Made by a program: the position numbers and the translations under genes. A DNA stretch of 64,000 nucleotides from positions 129,277 through 193,276 of the forward strand of contig JANBVJ010000001.1 in assembly GCA_024239055.1 (NCBI GenBank), read 5' to 3'. This DNA comes from Patescibacteria group bacterium. Lineage in GTDB: Bacteria > Patescibacteriota > Minisyncoccia > Minisyncoccales > UBA10102. A model generated the notes under the pieces. That model was not told the origin of the DNA, did no database searches, and saw nothing but the letters and a program-made list of their open reading frames with translations. Shown here piece by piece: positions 8,576 to 20,696 of this stretch (positions are counted from its first letter, which is position 1; each line of letters opens with the position of its first letter).

Positions 8576-9620
8576 TAAAGCTCTTTCATATCTTGGTTAT
8601 GATATTGCAATTGACCTTGGGACAGCAAACTCTCTGGTTTATGTAAAAGACAGGGGTATTGTGATTCAAGAGCCCTCTGTAGTTGCGATTAACCAGAAGA
8701 CAGGACAGGTTCTTGCTATTGGGGAAGCCGCAAAAAAGATGGTTGGCAGGACTCCAGCCCATATTGTAGCTACGAGACCCTTGGTAAAGGGAGTTATCTC
8801 TGACTTTGAGGTGACAGAACAGATGTTAAAGTACTTCATCTCCAAGGTTTATAAGAAACGCTTTCTTTTTGCTCCAGGACCCAGAGTGATTGTCGGCATT
8901 CCATTTGGCGTGACCGAGGTTGAGAAAAAGGCAGTACGGGACGCAACCTTAAACGCAGGAGCAAGAGAGGTATATCTGGTGGATGAACCTATGGCTGCCG
9001 CCATTGGAGCTCGTATGGAGGTGCAGGAAGCGGGAGGAAACTTTATTGTTGATATTGGCGGAGGAACCACCGAGGTTGCCGTTATTTCATTGGGTGGCGT
9101 GGTCTATGCAAAGTCCTTAAGAACCGCAGGAGACAAGCTGTCTGAAGACATTATTGACTTTGCGCAAGACCAGTTCAAACTATTAATAGGGGAGAGGACA
9201 GCTGAAGCCGTAAAGATAGGTATTGGTTCGGCCTATCCGTTAAAGGAAAAACGGGCTATACCTCTGCGCGGCAGAAACATTGTAACAGGGCTTCCCGAGG
9301 AGATTATGGTAACAGATACCGATATTAGAAAGGCGATGCAAAAGTCAGTAAAGATGATTGTGGATGAAGTAAAGAACACGGTAGAAGAAACACCTCCTGA
9401 GTTATTGGCCGACATTATGGCACGGGGCATTTATATGGCAGGAGGAGGATCTCTGCTACGCGAACTGGATACTTTAATTACCAAGGAAACTAAGATTCCA
9501 ACTAAGTTAGTGGAAGATCCGATGACCGCTGTAGTAAGAGGAGCAGGGCTCGTTTTGGAGAACTTAGACGAATTGTACGAGGTTTTAGCTGAAACAGGGG
9601 ATATGGAACCACCAAAATAA
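8550..9620 (+). CDS. mreB: rod-shape actin homolog MreB (paralog 2)
   Basis: IAIDLGTANSLVYV..EPSVVAI..DIGGGTTEVAVISLGG.. The ORF overlaps the proS end by 26 nt. Confidence 0.9.
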   Translation: MKVLKRQFNKALSYLGYDIAIDLGTANSLVYVKDRGIVIQEPSVVAINQKTGQVLAIGEAAKKMVGRTPAHIVATRPLVKGVISDFEVTEQMLKYFISKVYKKRFLFAPGPRVIVGIPFGVTEVEKKAVRDATLNAGAREVYLVDEPMAAAIGARMEVQEAGGNFIVDIGGGTTEVAVISLGGVVYAKSLRTAGDKLSEDIIDFAQDQFKLLIGERTAEAVKIGIGSAYPLKEKRAIPLRGRNIVTGLPEEIMVTDTDIRKAMQKSVKMIVDEVKNTVEETPPELLADIMARGIYMAGGGSLLRELDTLITKETKIPTKLVEDPMTAVVRGAGLVLENLDELYEVLAETGDMEPPK

Positions 9621-9621
9621 T

Positions 9622-9912
9622 ATGGTTTTAAAAAAAGACGTAATCCGTATAGCTCAGCTTGCGAGGATACAAGTTTCCAATAAAGAGGTTGAAAAGTTTG
9701 TTGGTGAGTTTTCAGATATTCTCACTTATTTTGATACATTAAAAAAAGCAAAACTCAAGGGTATTCAACCAATGACACATTCTGTAACTTCGCAAAATGT
9801 TGTGCGCAAGGATGAAGGAAAAAAGGTAAGCGTAGAGGTAAAGAATAAATTGGTTGCAATGACCGAAACGACAAAAGGGGGATTTTCTAAGGTAAAAGCT
9901 ATTCTTCAATAG
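9622..9912 (+). CDS. gatC: Asp/Glu-tRNA amidotransferase subunit C
   Basis: 96 aa, sits directly upstream of gatA, with ..IAQLARIQVSNKEVEKF.. Confidence 0.85.
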   Translation: MVLKKDVIRIAQLARIQVSNKEVEKFVGEFSDILTYFDTLKKAKLKGIQPMTHSVTSQNVVRKDEGKKVSVEVKNKLVAMTETTKGGFSKVKAILQ

Positions 9913-9913
9913 T

Positions 9914-11332
9914 ATGGCAGATATTCTTTCCTATACCATAGAAGAGTTGAGTCAGAAGTTGGCAAAGCAAGAGATATCTTCTCTTGAGCTGACAAAGGCA
10001 TATCTGGACAGTATTAAAAAACAGGATAAGAATATTCATGCCTTTCTTTCTGTGGATGAAGCGTTAGCTTTAGCAGATGCCAAGAAGGCAGACACTCTAT
10101 TAAAGGATGCAAAGAATATTACAAAGCTCACAGGTATTCCCTATGGCGTGAAAGATGCTATTTTAGTTGAGGGTATGGTCTGCAGTGCTGGCTCAAAAAT
10201 GCTCAAAGATTATATTGCTCCATATGACGCTACGGTTATAATAAAGTTAAAGAAAGCCGGTGCTGTTATTTTAGGTAAAACCAATATGGATGAGTTTGGC
10301 ATGGGAGCGTCTACAGAGAACTCTGCCTTTGGCGTAACTAAGAACCCGCATGATGTAACACGTGTTCCAGGAGGCAGCTCTGGGGGTTCTTCAGCCGCTG
10401 TTTCAGCACATGAAAGCGTCTTTGCGCTAGGAGAGGACACAGGAGGCTCAATACGCCTTCCTGCCTCTTTTTGCGGGGTTGTTGGATTAAAGCCAACGTA
10501 TGGGGCGGTATCCAGGTATGGTATTATTGCCTTTGCCTCTTCTTTAGATCAGGTAGGACCTATAACAAAGACCGTGGATGATTGTAAGATTGTGTTTCAG
10601 GCTATTTCAGGACAAGATCCAATGGATTCAACCACAGTGGAATTAAAACTTAAGAAACCCGAGCGAAAGAAATTACGCATTGGTGTGCCAAAGGAATTTT
10701 TTACAAAGGGATTAGATAAGGATGTGGAAAAAGTTATAAAGGATACTATTGGAAAACTTGGGAACAAAGGAGCTATAATAAAAGAAGTGAGTCTCCCAAA
10801 TTTACAGTATGGCCTTGCAGCTTACTATATTATTAATATGTCAGAAGCTTCCGCGAACTTAGCACGATATGATGGCATTCGGTATGGACATAGGGGAAAG
10901 AAAGCCAAGAACTTAAGAGAGATGTATGAGGAGAATAGGGGAGAGGGATTTGGTGAAGAAGTAAAGCGTAGAATAATGCTTGGAACATATGCGCTTTCTG
11001 CGGGATACTATGATGCCTACTATTTGCAAGCCCAGAAGATGCGCACACTCCTACTCTCTGACTTTGAAAAGGTATTTAAGGACGTAGATGTGGTGGCGGG
11101 TCCCGTAAGTCCAGTACTTCCATTTAAGATAGGGGAGCGAATAGGAGATCCAATGTCCATGTATCTTGTAGATGCATATACAGTCCCAGCTAATCTTACT
11201 GGACTGCCAGCACTATCTGTTCCAGCGGGCAAGGTTGGAAAGCTTCCTGTTGGTATGCAGTTTATTTCAGGGAAATTTGAAGAGCCCACATTGTTTGCCG
11301 CAGGTAAAATGCTTGAAAAAATATATGTTTGA
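9914..11332 (+). CDS. gatA: Asp/Glu-tRNA amidotransferase subunit A
   Basis: Amidase signature GGSSGGSSAAV and GEDTGGSIRLPASFCG. Ends with TGA at full length, which supports the standard code. Confidence 0.94.
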   Translation: MADILSYTIEELSQKLAKQEISSLELTKAYLDSIKKQDKNIHAFLSVDEALALADAKKADTLLKDAKNITKLTGIPYGVKDAILVEGMVCSAGSKMLKDYIAPYDATVIIKLKKAGAVILGKTNMDEFGMGASTENSAFGVTKNPHDVTRVPGGSSGGSSAAVSAHESVFALGEDTGGSIRLPASFCGVVGLKPTYGAVSRYGIIAFASSLDQVGPITKTVDDCKIVFQAISGQDPMDSTTVELKLKKPERKKLRIGVPKEFFTKGLDKDVEKVIKDTIGKLGNKGAIIKEVSLPNLQYGLAAYYIINMSEASANLARYDGIRYGHRGKKAKNLREMYEENRGEGFGEEVKRRIMLGTYALSAGYYDAYYLQAQKMRTLLLSDFEKVFKDVDVVAGPVSPVLPFKIGERIGDPMSMYLVDAYTVPANLTGLPALSVPAGKVGKLPVGMQFISGKFEEPTLFAAGKMLEKIYV

Positions 11333-11834
11333 AATATTTTCTGTCATTAACTTACCCGAGATTCAGAGTTCTTTGCTTTTCATTAAGATTCCTATGGGCA
11401 TTATAGCTGTGCTGTTTGCGGGTTTCATAATTTTTGGCTTGATTAGGACGAGTTGGTTATTGAATGCCTACTTTTCAGATTTTGCCGAATTTTTTACTTT
11501 TCGTTCTTTTGGCATTCGGAGAATGACACGAGCTTGGCAGAATATTCAGGTACGCCTGGAAACACAGAACGAAGATGAATATAAGCTTGCGGTTACCGAG
11601 GCCGATCATCTTCTTTCCAATGTCTTAAGGAGAATGAATATAAGCGGACAAGAAACTGAGGAAAAGCTAAATACACTGACTCCAGCTATTATTACTAATT
11701 TAGAAGACTTAAAGCGAGCGCATATATCCAGGAACAATATTGTCCACGATCCTGATTACCGTTTAAGTTTGGATAAGGCAAAGAGTATACTTGAGGTTTA
11801 TGAAAAGACATTTCAGTCTCTTGATTTAATCTAA
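11325..11834 (+). CDS. hypothetical membrane-anchored protein (169 aa)
   Basis: The internal ATG at 11325 overlaps the gatA stop by 8 nt. There is one TM helix (IPMGIIAVLFAGFIIFGLI) and then a helical soluble part. The 11172 extension lies inside gatA. Confidence 0.6.
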   Translation: MFEIFSVINLPEIQSSLLFIKIPMGIIAVLFAGFIIFGLIRTSWLLNAYFSDFAEFFTFRSFGIRRMTRAWQNIQVRLETQNEDEYKLAVTEADHLLSNVLRRMNISGQETEEKLNTLTPAIITNLEDLKRAHISRNNIVHDPDYRLSLDKAKSILEVYEKTFQSLDLI

Positions 11835-11849
11835 AAAGTATCGTATAAT
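11821..11849 (+). promoter_or_regulatory. promoter of the tRNA cluster
   Basis: TTGATT (11821-11826), 17 nt, then TATAAT (11844-11849), about 15 nt before the first tRNA. Confidence 0.6.
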
Positions 11850-11864
11850 GATGCGCATACGTCA

Positions 11865-11935
11865 CGCGGAGTAGTGGAGTAGTACCATACGAGGCCCATA
11901 ACCTCGAGACCCAGGTGCAAATCCTGGCTCCGCAA
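11865..11935 (+). tRNA. tRNA-Met(CAT), initiator type, non-canonical loops
   Basis: Hand fold: acceptor CGCGGAG/CTCCGCA with the C1xA72 mismatch (near-identical to the E. coli tRNA-fMet acceptor); anticodon stem CGAGG/CCTCG; loop CCCATAA (C33); D-loop AGUAGUA without GG; T-loop TGCAAAT (G55). Confidence 0.75.
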
Positions 11936-11943
11936 CATATTTG

Positions 11944-12017
11944 GCCGGGGTAGCTCAGCTGGTTAGAGCGCTGCCTTCATAAGGCAGAGGTCGCGAGTTC
12001 AAATCTCGCCCCCGGTA
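11944..12017 (+). tRNA. tRNA(CAT), elongator Met or Ile2 (lysidine); cannot be distinguished by eye
   Basis: Hand fold: GCCGGGG/CCCCGGT acceptor (G1-U72), D arm GCTC AGCTGGTT AGAGC, anticodon loop TTCATAA, T arm GCGAG TTCAAAT CTCGC. Confidence 0.85.
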
Positions 12018-12023
12018 CTAGAT

Positions 12024-12097
12024 GCGGGCGTAGCTTAGTGGCTTAAAGCGCCTCCCTGTCACGGAGGAGATCGTGGGTTCAAATCCCATCGCCCGCG
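12024..12097 (+). tRNA. tRNA-Asp(GTC)
   Basis: Hand fold: GCGGGCG/CGCCCGC acceptor, anticodon loop CTGTCAC, T loop TTCAAAT. Confidence 0.9.
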
Positions 12098-12105
12098 CAG
12101 AGAAG

Positions 12106-12133
12106 CATCCCCTTATAGGGGGTGTTTTATTTT
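12106..12133 (+). terminator. intrinsic terminator after the tRNA cluster
   Basis: CATCCCCT-TAT-AGGGGGTG stem followed by TTTTATTTT. Confidence 0.6.
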
Positions 12134-12199
12134 AGACCTCATGGTATATTTAATATGGTTCTTTAAATGACAACACAAAATCTTACCGGAGAGGTAACC

Positions 12200-12769
12200 A
12201 TGGGGTCTTTAGATAGACTTGCAGAAATTGCAAATAAACATGGAAGACCTCCTGGAGAGCATGGTCTTTCGGCTGGAGGAACATCCAATACTTATTTTGA
12301 CGGCAAACATGTTATTGGATTCTCAGAAGTACTTAAAATCACAGTAGATACTCTTTTGAACATTCTTCCTCAATACTATATTGTAGGGATTGGAGGTCCA
12401 GCGGTAGGCGCAATTTTAGTGGTTGGAGCTACTGCTGACCGTTATGGACAAGGTGGATGTTCTATTGATACATTCTATATTCGTTCTGAAGAGAAATTAC
12501 ATGGCACCAAGCAGCGATTAGAAGGCTATCTTCCAGAGAATGGAAAAGTTGCACTCTTTGATGACACCATCACTACTGGCAATTCACTTCTGAAAACTAT
12601 TGAGTTTGTGGAAGATCGAGGATGTGAGGTTGTGATAGTGACAGCTCTATTAGACCGTCAAGAGGGAGGTCTTGAGCGTATTCGCGATGCTGGTTACGAT
12701 GCTCTTGCTCTTCTTAAAATGGAACCAGATGGAAATATTATTCCTGTTGATATCTGGAATCGTCCATGA
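12200..12769 (+). CDS. type I phosphoribosyltransferase, orotate-PRTase (PyrE)-like; higher-GC islet gene
   Basis: PRPP loop VALFDDTITTGNSLLKTIEFVEDRGCEVVIVTALLDRQEGG and LSAGGTSNTYFD. The ORF opens at 12167, but GGAGAGG sits 5 nt before the ATG at 12200. Confidence 0.75.
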   Translation: MGSLDRLAEIANKHGRPPGEHGLSAGGTSNTYFDGKHVIGFSEVLKITVDTLLNILPQYYIVGIGGPAVGAILVVGATADRYGQGGCSIDTFYIRSEEKLHGTKQRLEGYLPENGKVALFDDTITTGNSLLKTIEFVEDRGCEVVIVTALLDRQEGGLERIRDAGYDALALLKMEPDGNIIPVDIWNRP

Positions 12770-12823
12770 GCCGCTGGTTAATTATTGGTGGCTTTTTTCT
12801 TTGTTCATGTGGATAAATATGGG

Positions 12824-12852
12824 TTGAATTTACCTTTATTTTACGCTATAAT
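12824..12852 (+). promoter_or_regulatory. pheST promoter; transcript predicted leaderless
   Basis: TTGAAT, 17 nt, TATAAT (12847-12852), and only 6 nt to the GTG start at 12859. Confidence 0.55.
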
Positions 12853-12858
12853 GAAGAG

Positions 12859-13884
12859 GTGGAAAACAACCTAAAAACACTTAAAAATACGGCTGAAAAA
12901 GGGATAAAACAGGCTAAAAATCTTAAGGATTTGGATGGTGTTTTTCGTTTATATTTAGGACGTAAAGGAGAGCTTACTGGTATTCTGCGTTCTCTTAAAG
13001 ATATGCCTTCAAAGGAACGTTCTGCATTTGGGAAGGAGGCTAATGAAGTAAGGCAGGTTTTACAGGAGGCATTTGATAGCAGACAAAAAGAGCTTGGCTG
13101 GAGCAATGAAACACAAGAAGGATCGATTGACGTGACAGCCCCAGGCCAGAAAATTCAGGCAGGACATCTACATCCCATTACGCAAACTAGGCGCAAGGTG
13201 GAAGAAATCTTCGGTTCTATGGGTTTTGTGGTGGCAGACGGACCTGAGGTAGAGGATGAGTGGCATAATTTTGATGCTTTAAATATTCCCGCTGGCCATC
13301 CAGCACGGGATCTATGGGATACCTTTTGGTTGAAAGCTGAAATAAACAAGAAACCTTTGCTATTGCGTACCCACACATCCCCAGTTCAGATACGGTATAT
13401 GCAAGAACACAAGCCACCAATCCGCATTATTGCTCCAGGACGTACTTTCAGATATGAGGCAACCGATGCGGGCCATGAGATTAACTTTTATCAGGTGGAG
13501 GGGCTAATGATAGATGAAAATATCTCAGTTGCAAACTTCAAAGCTGTTATTCAGGAGTTCTTCAAGAGATTCTTTGAAAAGGATGTCACTATTCGTCTGC
13601 GGCCAAGTTATTTTCCGTTTACCGAGCCCTCTTTTGAAGTTGATATCTCCTGCGTTCTCTGTGAAGGAAAAGGGTGCAGCAGTTGCGAACACACAGGATG
13701 GTTTGAAATGCTGGGGGCTGGCATGGTTCATCCAAAGGTATTGAAAGCAGTAGGATATAACCCAAAGAATCTACGTGGATTTGCATTTGGAATGGGCATG
13801 GACCGTCTAGCTATGATGAAGTACAAGATTCCAGATGTCAGAATGTTCTTTGCTTCTGATTTAAAGTTTCTTAAACAGTTTTAA
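12859..13884 (+). CDS. pheS: phenylalanyl-tRNA synthetase alpha subunit
   Basis: ..LYLGRKGELTGILRSL.., HPARDLWDTFW, FRYEATDAGHEINFYQVEGL, GFAFGMGMDRLAM. Confidence 0.94.
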   Translation: MENNLKTLKNTAEKGIKQAKNLKDLDGVFRLYLGRKGELTGILRSLKDMPSKERSAFGKEANEVRQVLQEAFDSRQKELGWSNETQEGSIDVTAPGQKIQAGHLHPITQTRRKVEEIFGSMGFVVADGPEVEDEWHNFDALNIPAGHPARDLWDTFWLKAEINKKPLLLRTHTSPVQIRYMQEHKPPIRIIAPGRTFRYEATDAGHEINFYQVEGLMIDENISVANFKAVIQEFFKRFFEKDVTIRLRPSYFPFTEPSFEVDISCVLCEGKGCSSCEHTGWFEMLGAGMVHPKVLKAVGYNPKNLRGFAFGMGMDRLAMMKYKIPDVRMFFASDLKFLKQF

Positions 13885-13885
13885 T

Positions 13886-17948
<4,063 letters not shown>

Positions 17949-17975
17949 TAATAAAGGAGATATACTATGGGCATA

Positions 17976-17995
17976 AAGCCCAAACGGGCTTTTTA
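17976..17995 (+). terminator. intrinsic terminator after gyrB
   Basis: AAGCCC-AAAC-GGGCTT followed by TTTT. Confidence 0.5.
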
Positions 17996-18007
17996 AATAG
18001 CTTCCAT

Positions 18008-18190
18008 ATGAGATTATTTACATTCTTAAAAGAGGTACATCTTGAGATGAAGCGGGTCAACTGGCCCACGCAAAAAGAGGTTCTGCAAAACACCATGCTG
18101 GTTCTTGCTATTTCCATTGCCGTGGCTATCTTTTTGGGAATGATGGATTTCATCTTTGTTTCTTTACTAGAACGTTTCATCATAAGATAG
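18008..18190 (+). CDS. secE: preprotein translocase subunit SecE
   Basis: 60 aa with FLKEVHLEMKRVNWPTQKEV plus a single TM helix; sits directly upstream of nusG. Confidence 0.88.
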   Translation: MRLFTFLKEVHLEMKRVNWPTQKEVLQNTMLVLAISIAVAIFLGMMDFIFVSLLERFIIR

Positions 18191-18192
18191 TT

Positions 18193-18738
18193 ATGGCAAA
18201 ACAACAGACCGAGCAAAACAGAAACTGGTATGTACTTCACACCTATTCTGGATATGAGGATGCTGTTTCCAGAAACCTGAAGCAGCGTATTGAATCTTTG
18301 GGCATGGAAGATAAGATTTTTAATGTTATTGTTCCAAAGGAAAAGAAGATTCGTATTAAGAACGGACAGAGAAAGACTATTGAAGAGAAGATTTATCCAG
18401 GATATGTTTTAGTGGAGATGATTGTTACGGATGACTCCTGGTATGTGGTCAGAAACACGCCAAATGTTACGGGATTTATTGGGGCGGGTACCGTTCCAAT
18501 TCCAGTGTCTGGAGCTGAGATTGAGATGCTGCAGTCCCGCATGGGATCTGATGAACCGGAGTACGAAATTTCAGTATCTGTTGGAGATGCTGTCAAGATA
18601 ATGGATGGTCCTTTCAAAGAGTATGATGGAAAGGTTTCAGAAGTGGATGCATCTAAAGGAAAGGTAAAAGTTTTGGTTAATCTTTTTGGAAGAGATACTC
18701 CAGTAGAATTGGATTCCCTACAGATTCAAAAATTATAA
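18193..18738 (+). CDS. nusG: transcription termination/antitermination factor NusG
   Basis: [11 protein letters not shown].. NGN domain and a C-terminal KOW ([18 protein letters not shown]). Confidence 0.94.
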   Translation: MAKQQTEQNRNWYVLHTYSGYEDAVSRNLKQRIESLGMEDKIFNVIVPKEKKIRIKNGQRKTIEEKIYPGYVLVEMIVTDDSWYVVRNTPNVTGFIGAGTVPIPVSGAEIEMLQSRMGSDEPEYEISVSVGDAVKIMDGPFKEYDGKVSEVDASKGKVKVLVNLFGRDTPVELDSLQIQKL

Positions 18739-18742
18739 TATC

Positions 18743-19165
18743 ATGGCAAAAACAATTACAGCCGTAGTAAAGTTACATATTCCTGCCGGGCAAGCCACCC
18801 CTGCTCCTCCTGTCGGGCCGGCTTTAGCACAGCATGGCATTAACATCGGGGAATTTACACAGAAGTTTAACGAGGCTACAAAAGAAAAGTCAGGATTTAA
18901 GATTCCCGTAGATATCATTGTTTATGAAGACAGGACCTTTGACTTAAAACTCCATGAGCCACCAGCATCTGAACTCATCAAAAAAATTCTTGGTATTGAA
19001 AAGGGATCTGGTGAGCCAAATAAAAAGAAGATAGGGACTATTACACAAGCCCAACTGCGTCAGGTAGCGGAACAGAAGATGTCAGACTTAAATACTACGG
19101 ACGTTGAGCAGGCAATGAAGATTATTGAGGGTACAGCAAAGAATATGGGTCTGGAGATTGAATAA
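18743..19165 (+). CDS. rplK: 50S ribosomal protein L11
   Basis: [29 protein letters not shown].. Confidence 0.96.
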   Translation: MAKTITAVVKLHIPAGQATPAPPVGPALAQHGINIGEFTQKFNEATKEKSGFKIPVDIIVYEDRTFDLKLHEPPASELIKKILGIEKGSGEPNKKKIGTITQAQLRQVAEQKMSDLNTTDVEQAMKIIEGTAKNMGLEIE

Positions 19166-19170
19166 CAGGA

Positions 19171-19198
19171 ACTCCGCAGTATGCGGGGTTTTTGTTTT
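19171..19198 (+). terminator. intrinsic terminator after rplK
   Basis: ACTCCGCA-GTA-TGCGGGGT followed by TTTTGTTTT. Confidence 0.6.
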
Positions 19199-19220
19199 CA
19201 AGAATGCTATAATCTTACGT

Positions 19221-20054
19221 ATGGACAAAAAAACTCTCATTATTCACATTCCAGTTATTCATAAAGGATATTTAGATTTTCTTCAAAAACAAAAAGATAG
19301 AATATCGCGCGTGTTTGTTTTTGATAACGCGCTCCTTCAGAATCTTGGAGTTACGCAGGATATTGCATCTATTGATGCTGAAACTATAAAACAATTATTG
19401 AGTAACATGGGATTCCAGCATGTTTCAATACTTTCAAAAGATAATATTGGAGAAATTGGAAGTCAAGGATTAATTTTGATCCAGGATGAAATTTCAAGGA
19501 AATTTTACGAGACACATCTTAAAAAACAAGATGTGGAATGGGTCTCTGTATTTTTGAGATGGGACAAGGATTCTGTGGCGTCAGATGATCTTTCTAATCT
19601 CAAAGGAGTGCCCACTACTTCAGGTTCCTTGGATATGGAGATGATGGGGGAGGCATACAAAGAGTCTGAAAAGAGTGGGGACTGGTGGCGTCAGGTTGGG
19701 GCAGTATTGGTAAAAGACGGAAATATTGTTCTGCGCGCATACAATCAGGGCATGCCAAGCGACCACACGCCATACCAAACAGGGGCTGTTAGAGATCTTT
19801 TCAAAGCAGGAGAGAAGCCAGAACTCGCAAACACTATTCATGCAGAACAAAGTATTGTGGCGGAAGCGGCAAGAGAGGGGATTGCGCTAGAGGGGACTTC
19901 TTTATACGTTACTCATTTTCCTTGTCCGGTTTGTACAAAGTTGATTGTTCACTCTGGTATTGCAAGTCTCTATTTTAAAGAGGGCTCTGCCGTATTTGAT
20001 GGCAAGATAGTGTTGGAAACAGGAGGTGTGAAACTTTTTATAATTCCAAGGTGA
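19221..20054 (+). CDS. dCMP deaminase (C-terminal half) fused to an about 140-aa N-terminal domain of unknown function
   Basis: Zinc deaminase motifs HAEQSIV and PCPVCTKLI in residues about 150-277. The N-terminal MDKKTLIIHIPVIHKGYLDFL.. is unassigned. An extended -10 TGcTATAAT (19208-19213) lies 7 nt before the ATG. Confidence 0.8.
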   Translation: MDKKTLIIHIPVIHKGYLDFLQKQKDRISRVFVFDNALLQNLGVTQDIASIDAETIKQLLSNMGFQHVSILSKDNIGEIGSQGLILIQDEISRKFYETHLKKQDVEWVSVFLRWDKDSVASDDLSNLKGVPTTSGSLDMEMMGEAYKESEKSGDWWRQVGAVLVKDGNIVLRAYNQGMPSDHTPYQTGAVRDLFKAGEKPELANTIHAEQSIVAEAAREGIALEGTSLYVTHFPCPVCTKLIVHSGIASLYFKEGSAVFDGKIVLETGGVKLFIIPR

Positions 20055-20057
20055 GTA

Positions 20058-20086
20058 TTGACCAGCGGATTATTCCGTGGTATTTT
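20058..20086 (+). promoter_or_regulatory. promoter of the GC-rich HIT gene
   Basis: TTGACC, 17 nt, TATTTT, with TGg immediately upstream of the -10. Confidence 0.5.
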
Positions 20087-20126
20087 ATTAAAACAAACAA
20101 GTATGCACATACTGGAGGTGAGTTGA

Positions 20127-20615
20127 TTGTCTGCTACGAATGAAATAACGAATTCAGGGGAACTTGTCGATACAAAATACGCTGGCGAAGCTGGGGAAGG
20201 CGCCTCAGAATACCGCCGGATACTCGATAGAGCAGAGGAAAGACAAGAGTGTCCTTTCTGCCCCGAGTTCCTCCAGCAGGGGAATGAGGTTCTCCACAAG
20301 GTGTCTGGATGGAGCGTAATCTCCAACAAGTGGCCTTACGAGAACGCAGAGACCCATCTGCTGTTTATTCCAGACCGTCACATCACCGACATCGTGGATG
20401 TGGTGCTCAGGGATTGGTTCGCAATCAGAAAGGCGACTGCCTGGGCGCGAGAGCAATACGGGGCCCTCATGGATGGTGGCGCCCTCGTCGTAAGGTATGG
20501 CCTGCGTTCTGGGGTTACAGTGCGCCATCTCCATTTCCAGCTCATTACCGCAAGGGTGGATCCTGAGACTGGAGAGGTGCCAGAAGGTAAACACGTCGTC
20601 TTCCCAATTGGATAA
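20127..20615 (+). CDS. HIT-superfamily protein, GalT-branch-like (CPFC knuckle + HxHxQ); higher-GC islet gene
   Basis: TTG start 6 nt after GGAGGTG. It has ECPFCPEF.., WPYENAETHLLFIP, and RHLHFQLI. GC is about 55% against about 40% in the flanks. Confidence 0.75.
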   Translation: MSATNEITNSGELVDTKYAGEAGEGASEYRRILDRAEERQECPFCPEFLQQGNEVLHKVSGWSVISNKWPYENAETHLLFIPDRHITDIVDVVLRDWFAIRKATAWAREQYGALMDGGALVVRYGLRSGVTVRHLHFQLITARVDPETGEVPEGKHVVFPIG

Positions 20616-20632
20616 GCTACTGGGGTGGCTGC

Positions 20633-20668
20633 GAAGAGTCGGTTGGAAACTTCCGACTCTCTTCTTTT
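20633..20668 (+). terminator. intrinsic terminator after the HIT gene
   Basis: AGAGTCGG..CCGACTCT stem followed by a T-rich run. Confidence 0.6.
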
Positions 20669-20696
20669 ACCGGTAAATATGCTATCTTATGTTTAT

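Noticed and set aside
12770-12858. T-box or other riboswitch leaders upstream of the aaRS genes (pheS, thrS, proS, cysS)
   Set aside because: The upstream regions are only 0-90 nt long and are occupied by promoter elements placed 6-8 nt from the start codons. There is no room for a T-box fold.
17965-18240. 91-aa minus-strand ORF
   Set aside because: It is antisense to secE and the start of nusG, both of which are well supported.
20205-20594. 129-aa minus-strand and 85-aa plus-strand ORFs inside the GC-rich HIT gene
   Set aside because: The HIT frame has clear family motifs (CPFC, HLHFQL). The others are by-products of the high local GC.
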